Shown piece by piece: positions 17,175 through 22,381 of a DNA stretch of 24,000 bases (position 1 is its first letter; the number at the start of each line of letters is the position of its first letter). The stretch spans positions 2,735,517 to 2,759,516 of the forward strand of contig NZ_KV917368.1 of NCBI RefSeq assembly GCF_002019605.1, in the 5' to 3' direction. Below the pieces are notes generated by a model, which had not been told where the DNA came from, did no database searches, and was given only the letters and a program-made list of their open reading frames with translations. The DNA comes from Alkalihalobacterium alkalinitrilicum (GTDB lineage Bacteria > Bacillota > Bacilli > Bacillales > Bacillaceae_F). The position numbers and the translations under genes were made by a program.

Positions 17175-17829
17175 GATGCTTCTTCTTTTTCTTATTAATA
17201 TTCTTTTTATTCATTTTTGAAACAGAGCCTAATATGGGAAGTCCTATTAATTCTTCTACGTCTCGATCCGAGCTAACTGTATCATCCAGAGAATTTAGTA
17301 AAAATACAAAGCCTGTTCCAATGACAAGTCCCATAATAAACGCAATATATATTGTTCTATTACTTTTACTATTGATTGGATATGGATTTACTTTCGCTTC
17401 AGACAAATAACTGACATCGTTAAAATCAACAATTTCTCCAATCTCATTTTTAAAAACCGTTGCAGTAGTATTGGCAATCTCTGCTGCTAAATTCGGATCT
17501 GTATCTATGACTGAAATTCTGACGACTTGTGAATTATCGATACTTTCAACCGTAATTTGCCCTGCTAATGCTTCTGGTGATCTCGTTAAGTTCAGTTCCA
17601 TGACGACCTTTTCCATGATAATCGAATCTCTCATAATAACTCTAAGTGTGTTCATATAATCTGAACTTGCACCTACGATTATGCGACTAGATGATTGGTA
17701 GAGAGATGTGATACTTGAAGAATTTTGAAAGTAGCCAGCAATTGTAGCAATCATCGTAATGACAACAATTATCCAAAAACGCTTTTTTATAATGAGAAAT
17801 ATTTCTCTTAAATTAATTTCTTTTGCCAT
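17128..17829 (-). CDS. epsA: Wzz/chain-length-determinant type transmembrane modulator (EpsA/YwqC/CapA-like)
   Basis: N-terminal TM helix (FWIIVVITMIATIAGYF), periplasmic-type middle region, second TM helix (IYIAFIMGLVIGTGFVFLL) and a basic cytoplasmic tail (KKNINKKKKKH). The track TTG at 17844 is rejected in favour of the ATG at 17829, which has GGAG 6 nt upstream. Confidence 0.82.
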   Translation of the reverse strand: MAKEINLREIFLIIKKRFWIIVVITMIATIAGYFQNSSSITSLYQSSSRIIVGASSDYMNTLRVIMRDSIIMEKVVMELNLTRSPEALAGQITVESIDNSQVVRISVIDTDPNLAAEIANTTATVFKNEIGEIVDFNDVSYLSEAKVNPYPINSKSNRTIYIAFIMGLVIGTGFVFLLNSLDDTVSSDRDVEELIGLPILGSVSKMNKKNINKKKKKHRETEYRGEIVDLKKT

Positions 17830-17869
17830 ATCGTTCTCCACCAACTTATTATTTGATTACTTTAGTGTA

Positions 17870-17885
17870 GTTCTCTTTAAAGAAC
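17870..17885. promoter_or_regulatory. Sin-type operator in the eps leader (GTTCTCTTTAAAGAAC)
   Basis: 16-bp imperfect palindrome (12/16 self-complementary) containing the published B. subtilis SinR consensus GTTCTYT. It lies 41-56 nt upstream of the epsA ATG. Confidence 0.5.
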
Positions 17886-17991
17886 AGTAAGACCAAAAAA
17901 ATTTGAAATAAATCTTATTTCCTACGAATTAAGTTTAATGTCTTAGTCATATAGAACTAATTGTTCAATTTGGAAAAATATTTCTAATGTC

Positions 17992-18020
17992 ATTTTAGTT
18001 CTTTATAAAGAACATGTCAA
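17992..18020 (-). promoter_or_regulatory. Sigma-A-type eps promoter with a perfect Sin-type palindrome in the spacer
   Basis: The minus strand reads TTGACA (18020-18015), then T + GTTCTTTATAAAGAAC (17-nt spacer, box at 18013-17998), then TAAAAT (17997-17992). The -35 is canonical with a 17-bp spacer, and the -10 matches 5/6. Confidence 0.6.
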
Positions 18021-18033
18021 TAGAAAAGTTTCT

Positions 18034-18399
18034 TTATTCGCAAAATTCATTATGGCTTACTTTCTTACTTTGATTTTTCATATGATCCAACTTTTGAATC
18101 ATATCTCTTAGTTCTTCTAAACTAATATTTTTTCGTTTCATTTCTTCGGTTAGGTGGATGAGTTGGATATCTACTACGTTTTCTTTAGTACTTGTCTTAC
18201 TTTGTCCATTAAAAAAATAAGCGATATCAATTTTAAAGTAGTTTGATAGACTTTCTAAAACTTCAATAGCAGGCTTCCGATTTCCGCGTTCAATTTTTGA
18301 TAAATTACTATAATTAAATTCAATTGCATCCCCTAATTCTTTTAATGTCATCCCATGGCTTAGTCGCAAATCTTTAATTCTCTCTCCAATATGCTTCAA
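18034..18399 (-). CDS. XRE-family HTH regulator with a C-terminal Sin-like helical region (SlrR-like candidate)
   Basis: N-terminal HTH_3 pattern (IKDLRLSHGMTLKELGDAIEFNYSNLSKIERGNRKP). The C-terminus LIHLTEEMKRKNISLEELRDMIQKL loosely resembles the SinI/SinR interaction helices. TTG start at 18399 supported by GGAGTGAG 6 nt upstream. It sits next to epsA, as slrR does in B. subtilis. Confidence 0.7.
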   Translation of the reverse strand: MKHIGERIKDLRLSHGMTLKELGDAIEFNYSNLSKIERGNRKPAIEVLESLSNYFKIDIAYFFNGQSKTSTKENVVDIQLIHLTEEMKRKNISLEELRDMIQKLDHMKNQSKKVSHNEFCE

Positions 18400-18438
18400 T
18401 ACTGTCTCACTCCATTACTTCTTAAATAATCCGCTTTC

Positions 18439-18497
18439 GTTCGTTACAAAGAACACAGTTTCGCTGTTACTATACCATGGATTGTCAAATTGAACAA
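18439..18497 (-). promoter_or_regulatory. Putative extended -10 promoter of the XRE gene plus a downstream Sin-type box
   Basis: Minus strand: TTGTTC (18497-18492), 17 nt, TGG-TATAGT (-10 at 18474-18469, TGn extension). Box GTTCGTTACAAAGAAC (18439-18454, 12/16 palindromic) lies just downstream of the predicted start. A further variant GTTCTTTTTATAGAGC sits at 18516-18531. Confidence 0.35.
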
Positions 18498-18649
18498 TAT
18501 ATAACTTTAGATTTTGTTCTTTTTATAGAGCTTTTTTTGTGAAAATCACATATTTCTATATATTAATTTACATTAATTGAACAAAAATACCACTAAAACG
18601 AATGCTTTGAAAAAAATGTTAAATTATATAATTTTTTTACAACTAACTA

Positions 18650-18681
18650 TTGTAATTACTTATCTGTTCTATATAATGAAC
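18650..18681 (+). promoter_or_regulatory. Putative promoter of the first sinI-like ORF, overlapped by a Sin-type box
   Basis: TTGTAA (18650-18655), 16 nt, TATAAT (18672-18677). The box GTTCTATATAATGAAC (18666-18681, 12/16 palindromic) contains the -10. Confidence 0.4.
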
Positions 18682-18719
18682 ATATAGATGTTATTTCATA
18701 TCGATGGGGGACGATATAT

Positions 18720-18878
18720 ATGAAGTATATTCAACCAATAAATCAAGTTAGAACACTCGATGAGGAATGGATCCAACTTATAAAATGTGCAAAAGACATC
18801 GGCCTCAAACCTGATGATGTAAAAAAATTTCTAGGTCAATTCGAAAAGGACAAAAAAATAGCACAAAACAAAAACTAG
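18720..18878 (+). CDS. SinI/SlrA-like anti-repressor, 52 aa
   Basis: Not in the ORF track. Peptide MKYIQPINQVRTLDEEWIQLIKCAKDIGLKPDDVKKFLGQFEKDKKIAQNKN. It carries the Sin interaction motif LDxEWxxLIxxAKxxGLxxxxVKKFL seen in B. subtilis SinI (LDQEWVELMVEAKEANISPEEIRKYL). GGGGG lies 9 nt upstream. Confidence 0.7.
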   Translation: MKYIQPINQVRTLDEEWIQLIKCAKDIGLKPDDVKKFLGQFEKDKKIAQNKN

Positions 18879-18914
18879 ACTTAATTCGTAATATACATTA
18901 TGAATTAAGTCTAG
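18875..18914 (+). terminator. Hairpin after the first sinI-like ORF (possible weak intrinsic terminator)
   Basis: Perfect 13-bp stem CTAGACTTAATTC (18875-18887) / GAATTAAGTCTAG (18902-18914) with a 14-nt loop, followed by TTTC. The stem is AT-rich and the U-tract short. Confidence 0.4.
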
Positions 18915-19153
18915 TTTCAAAAGACCTTTACTCTTCTAATTTTTATTTTACTATATTTACACTATTACTAATTTAGTAATACATATAGGTATTTATAACT
19001 ATAAAATAATTCTCTTGATCTAGGAAAACCTTGTAGAATTTTTGCTTTTTTTCGTATATTTACACCTAAACTAATACGAAATGACAATTTCTTAACTACT
19101 AAAAACCAACAGCAAGACCTGTACCATGCGTCTTTAATCTTCCCATAAGTAAA

Positions 19154-19160
19154 TGTCGAA
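19154..19160 (+). promoter_or_regulatory. Exact Spo0A-box consensus heptamer TGTCGAA
   Basis: Exact match to the 0A-box consensus TGNCGAA, about 200 nt upstream of sinI. In B. subtilis, sinI is Spo0A-activated. A single 7-mer could occur by chance. Confidence 0.3.
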
Positions 19161-19362
19161 TGGATAGCATGACTATATTTATGACTTCAGTAACTAATAT
19201 CTTTTCCAAATTTTATATATAATTAATTTAACCTTAATATTGGACGTTTTAATTTATGTAACATGGCACTCTTAAAAATCTGAATATTCTCAATAATTAA
19301 GTGAATACCTACACCATTGTTAAAGGATAATAGGCCTGTTTTAAGATTAGGGAGGTAATATC

Positions 19363-19485
19363 ATGAATACTAAGACCCATGAGGTTTTAGACAATGAATG
19401 GACAGCTCTTATGAGGGAAGCAAAAGATCTAGGAATAACGATTGAGGAAGTAAAGGAATATCTTAAAAACAGTAGAAAGACATGA
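19363..19485 (+). CDS. sinI: SinI anti-repressor, 40 aa
   Basis: Not in the ORF track. Peptide MNTKTHEVLDNEWTALMREAKDLGITIEEVKEYLKNSRKT with the LDxEWxxLMxEAKxxGIxxEEVKxYL motif. GGAGG RBS at 19351-19355. It lies 81 nt upstream of sinR, the canonical sinI-sinR arrangement. Confidence 0.82.
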   Translation: MNTKTHEVLDNEWTALMREAKDLGITIEEVKEYLKNSRKT

Positions 19486-19492
19486 CCTCTCA

Positions 19493-19528
19493 GTTCTATT
19501 TACAGAACTAGCTTAAAACTGTTATAAT
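19493..19528 (+). promoter_or_regulatory. Internal sinR promoter (P3-like) overlapped by a Sin-type box
   Basis: TTTACA (19499-19504), 18 nt, TG-T-TATAAT (extended -10, hexamer at 19523-19528). The box GTTCTATTTACAGAAC (19493-19508, 12/16 palindromic) covers the -35. Confidence 0.45.
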
Positions 19529-19566
19529 TCCTATAAGTACACAGGTTAAGAGAGGAATCGATACAG

Positions 19567-19902
19567 ATGATCGGTGAAAAAGTCAAGAAATTACGCTTAG
19601 AAAAGGGCTTATCTTTATCTGAACTAGCAGAATCTGCTGGAGTTGCAAAGTCTTACTTAAGTTCAATTGAAAGAAACATCCAATCGAATCCTTCGATACA
19701 ATTCCTTGAAAAGATCTCAAAAGTTTTAGGTGTAAGCGTCGAGACCGTATTAAACGAAAATAATGAAAAACAATCGGTAACCGAATACGACCTAGACTCT
19801 GCTTGGATCGAGTTAGTCAAAGAAGCTATGGAGTCAGGTGTGAGTAAAGAGCAATTCCGTGAATACTTGGAATTTAATAAATGGCGTAAACACAATAGTT
19901 AA
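19567..19902 (+). CDS. sinR: SinR master biofilm repressor
   Basis: 111 aa, collinear with recalled B. subtilis SinR: MIG...KGxSLSELAExAGVAKSYLSSIERNxQxNPSIQFLEKxSxVLxVSV and C-terminal SGVSKxQFRExLxxxKWRK. Confidence 0.92.
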   Translation: MIGEKVKKLRLEKGLSLSELAESAGVAKSYLSSIERNIQSNPSIQFLEKISKVLGVSVETVLNENNEKQSVTEYDLDSAWIELVKEAMESGVSKEQFREYLEFNKWRKHNS

Positions 19903-19962
19903 ACTCCATTATCTCCCCTTTAGCAACCAAAGAAAACAATATTTAACAAGTCCGTTTTCAAT

Positions 19963-20004
19963 AAAAAAATACCCCGCCTCATTACATCGAGGTGGGTTAT
20001 TTTT
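19963..20004. terminator. Bidirectional intrinsic terminator shared by convergent sinR and the HTH-only gene
   Basis: A-tract (19963-19969), stem CCCGCCTC (19973-19980) / GAGGTGGG (19989-19996) with an 8-nt loop, then TTATTTTT. On the minus strand the stem has one A-C mismatch but is followed by U7. It overlaps the last codons of the minus-strand ORF. Confidence 0.7.
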
Positions 20005-20212
20005 CTTCTGGGGTATTCAAAACCTTAATTAAATAAACAAGTTCAACACCAAGGGACTGTGCCAATTTTTCTAACACAGAAATGCTTGGATTAGTTTGTA
20101 GTCCACGTTCAATGTAACTGAGATATGACTTTGAAATACCTGACAGCTCTGAGAGTCGATCTAAAGACATTCCTTTCTTTTTTCGTAACTCTCTAATATT
20201 CCCCCCATTCAT
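19997..20212 (-). CDS. HTH-only SinR paralog (71 aa XRE-family DNA-binding domain, no C-terminal Sin interaction region)
   Basis: KGMSLDRLSELSGISKSYLSYIERGLQTNPSISVLEKLAQSLGVEL aligns residue for residue with the SinR HTH region encoded at 19567-19902. The protein stops about 10 aa after the HTH domain. AGGAGAG RBS 6 nt before the ATG. Confidence 0.75.
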   Translation of the reverse strand: MNGGNIRELRKKKGMSLDRLSELSGISKSYLSYIERGLQTNPSISVLEKLAQSLGVELVYLIKVLNTPEEK

Positions 20213-20247
20213 TTGTATCTCTCCTTTTTATTATGATCATCGCCCTC

Positions 20248-20260
20248 AAAAAAAAAAAAA
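20248..20260. repeat. A13 (T13 on the transcribed minus strand) homopolymer
   Basis: Thirteen consecutive A bases between the stop of the 95-aa ORF (20263) and the RBS of the HTH-only gene. Confidence 0.9.
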
Positions 20261-20262
20261 CT

Positions 20263-20550
20263 CTAGTATACTTCAAATCTCATTTCGTAGTAATAATCAT
20301 CCGTTTGATTTTTTTTTATTGAAGTAAGGATCATACCGTATATTTCAATTCCGTCTAACAATTTTAATGACACTTTATAAATTACATCCTCTGAAACTGG
20401 AAACTTTAAAGAACTTATAAATATTAGTGATGTTGTTGTAAATTCAACTATTTCTACTTTTGTACATTTAGAGTCGACAACCTTTCCTTTCACGACATGA
20501 ATGATGAGCTCTGCTTGAATGGGGTTGTCAATTGTAAATTCCGTCGTCAA
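20263..20550 (-). CDS. Small beta-rich protein, degenerate PilZ-like (tentative)
   Basis: 95 aa. TTG start with a strong AAGGAGG 8 nt upstream. Alternating beta-strand pattern ...KVEIVEFTTTSLIFISSLKFPVSEDVIYKVSLKLLDGIEIYGMILTSIKK....YYYEMRFE resembles the PilZ barrel (DxSxxG-strand, hairpins, final Y.F strand). It lacks the RxxxR and DxSxxG c-di-GMP motifs. Confidence 0.55.
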   Translation of the reverse strand: MTTEFTIDNPIQAELIIHVVKGKVVDSKCTKVEIVEFTTTSLIFISSLKFPVSEDVIYKVSLKLLDGIEIYGMILTSIKKNQTDDYYYEMRFEVY

Positions 20551-20584
20551 TTACCTGTCCTCCTTAAAAGTTTTTTACACCACT

Positions 20585-20630
20585 GTTCTTTATAGAGAAT
20601 ATTATAGTTTATTTGTTCTTTATAGTAAAC
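20585..20630 (-). promoter_or_regulatory. Putative promoter of the 95-aa ORF bracketed by two Sin-type boxes
   Basis: Minus strand TTTACT (20629-20624), 17 nt, TATAAT (20606-20601). Box GTTCTTTATAGAGAAT (20585-20600) abuts the -10 and covers the predicted start. Box GTTCTTTATAGTAAAC (20615-20630) covers the -35 and spacer. The boxes share TGTTCTTTATAG as a direct repeat exactly 30 bp apart. Confidence 0.45.
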
Positions 20631-20730
20631 GATATAATAGTAACTAGTTCATTAAAATGAAATCAGGTCTTTTATACTAAGTGATTACACTTTTGTTTTT
20701 ACTAACTTATTTATATAAGGCTCGTTTTAA

Positions 20731-20772
20731 GCACAAAAAAATGATAGAACAAAGTAAAAATGTTCTATCATT
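20731..20772 (-). terminator. Intrinsic terminator of the aldehyde dehydrogenase operon
   Basis: Perfect 11-bp stem (20762-20772 / 20740-20750) with an 11-nt loop. It is followed on the minus strand by a 7-U run, about 70 nt after the ALDH stop. Confidence 0.7.
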
Positions 20773-20839
20773 CTTCCTGCCTTTATTTTTTCATTTCATT
20801 TGGTTCTGTTTATAAAATGTGTGACAACATAATCATGGA

Positions 20840-22273
20840 TCAAAGATTAAAACAAACAACTTTCGGTTCGGTCATTTCTTGAATCGAATGTCTGACACCT
20901 TCTCGGCCTAATCCAGATCCTTTGACTCCGCCGAATGGCATGCTGTCAATACGGAAGTCGCTGCTGTCGTTTACCATTACCCCGCCAACATTGAGCTGTT
21001 GGATGGCTTCAAATGCGGATTGTAAATGGTTCGTGAAAATTCCTGCTTGTAAGCCATAATTGACGTCGTTAGATCGTTCGATGGCATCTTGTAAACTCTT
21101 TACTTCAAAAAGTAGTACGACAGGTCCGAAGATTTCTTCTTTTGCAATGGTTGCATCAGCAGGTACATTTGTTAATACCGTCGGTTCATAATAAGCTCCT
21201 TCACGTTGACCACCACATTCTAGTATAGCGCCTTGTTTTATCGCTTCATTGACGAGGTTTTCCACGCGGATTGCTTCTCTTTCATTAATCAATGGACCCA
21301 TATCTGTACTTTCCATTAACTTGCCACCTGTTTGATACAAAGTCGTCCGTTTAATAAATTGAATTTTAAATTCCTTAAATATATCTCGTTCTATATAAAT
21401 TCGTTGTACACCTAAACAGTTTTGACCAGCGGCCCAAAATGCACCTGATACGGTAGACTCAACGGCTTGATTTAAGTCAGCATCGTTGAGAACGATCACG
21501 GGCGAGTTCGAACCGAGTTCCATGCTTAATTTTTTTAGCCCTGCCTTTTTGGCAATTTCTGTTCCCGTTTCTAATCCACCAGTAAACGAAATCATTCTCA
21601 CGTCAGGATGAGTAACGAGTGTATCACCCACTTCTCCTCCTCTCCCTGTAATGACCGAGAGAATGCCATTGGGAAGACCCGCTTTTGAAAACACGTTTGC
21701 TAGCTTTAATGCACTTAATGGGGTGACAGTTGCAGGTTTTACAATAATGGCATTGCCCGATGCAATGGCAGGGCCAATTTTATGAGCGACTAAGTTAAGC
21801 GGGTCGTTAAATGGGGTAATGGCTCCGATGATCCCAATCGGAAAGAGAGAATAGTAGCCTAACCGATTTTCATTTCCACTACTTTGATCAAAGGGAATCG
21901 TCTTCCCTTCTAATCGCCGGGCTTCTTCGGCACTTATTCGCAAAGTTTGAATGCAACGTTCGACTTCTTTTCGTGCTTCACGTATCGTTTTACTTCCTTC
22001 TAAAGCGATCGTTACTGCAAATTCTTCACGTTCTTCTTCTATAAAAGTCGCTGCACGTTGAATAATCTCGATTCGTTTATAAACAGGGAGTTTGGCCGAA
22101 ATGAGAGCACCTCTTTTGGCTGATTTAATTGCATCTAGCATATCGTCTTGCGTCGCAGCTGGAACTGTCGCAATAGCTTCATTATTTTCTGGGTTCGTTA
22201 CTGTGATCGTCTGGTCTCGGTCCACCCACTTTCCGGCGAGAAACATTTTTCGTTGTGCCACTCGAACTTTCAT
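20840..22273 (-). CDS. NAD(P)-dependent aldehyde dehydrogenase family protein
   Basis: 477 aa. Catalytic Glu (SMELGSNSP) and Cys (GQNCLGVQR) motifs, FTGG, EEIFGPV and PFGGVKGSGLGREG. AAAGGTGGG RBS. Confidence 0.9.
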   Translation of the reverse strand: MKVRVAQRKMFLAGKWVDRDQTITVTNPENNEAIATVPAATQDDMLDAIKSAKRGALISAKLPVYKRIEIIQRAATFIEEEREEFAVTIALEGSKTIREARKEVERCIQTLRISAEEARRLEGKTIPFDQSSGNENRLGYYSLFPIGIIGAITPFNDPLNLVAHKIGPAIASGNAIIVKPATVTPLSALKLANVFSKAGLPNGILSVITGRGGEVGDTLVTHPDVRMISFTGGLETGTEIAKKAGLKKLSMELGSNSPVIVLNDADLNQAVESTVSGAFWAAGQNCLGVQRIYIERDIFKEFKIQFIKRTTLYQTGGKLMESTDMGPLINEREAIRVENLVNEAIKQGAILECGGQREGAYYEPTVLTNVPADATIAKEEIFGPVVLLFEVKSLQDAIERSNDVNYGLQAGIFTNHLQSAFEAIQQLNVGGVMVNDSSDFRIDSMPFGGVKGSGLGREGVRHSIQEMTEPKVVCFNL

Positions 22274-22342
22274 TGGGCTTTCCCACCTTTCATGTTATTA
22301 AAGTTATCGTTTTTCGGTTTGTCCTTATCGTTAGGATGCGAG

Positions 22343-22368
22343 GAGATGGAGAACGACAACTCCATCTC
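22343..22368. other. Intercistronic 9-bp perfect hairpin between the homoserine dehydrogenase and ALDH genes
   Basis: GAGATGGAG (22343-22351) / CTCCATCTC (22360-22368) with an 8-nt loop. There is no U-tract on either strand. Confidence 0.5.
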
Positions 22369-22381
22369 TGCACCACCTTTT

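Noticed and set aside
17953-17966. AGAACTAATTGTTC, a convergent arrangement of the half-sites in the eps leader, as an additional operator.
   Set aside because: The half-sites face the opposite way and have different spacing from the nine-member family. It may bind SinR-like proteins, but the evidence is too weak to list as a feature.
20471-20477. The near-0A-box GTCGACA (reverse complement TGTCGAC) inside the 95-aa ORF.
   Set aside because: It has one mismatch to the consensus and lies within coding sequence. It is also a SalI-type palindrome that is likely to occur by chance.
19997-20550. The 95-aa ORF plus the downstream 71-aa XRE HTH protein as a higBA-like toxin-antitoxin pair.
   Set aside because: The 95-aa protein is net acidic and beta-rich, not a basic RelE/HigB-type fold. 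The genes are separated by 50 nt that include a T13 run, rather than being translationally coupled. The HTH protein is a close copy of the SinR DNA-binding domain.
20740-20772. GTTCT/AGAAC motifs (GATAGAAC...GTTCTATC) as another Sin operator.
   Set aside because: The arms are 11 bp with an 11-nt loop and are followed by a U7 run on the ALDH strand. An intrinsic terminator is the simpler explanation, and the half-site spacing differs from the 16-bp family.
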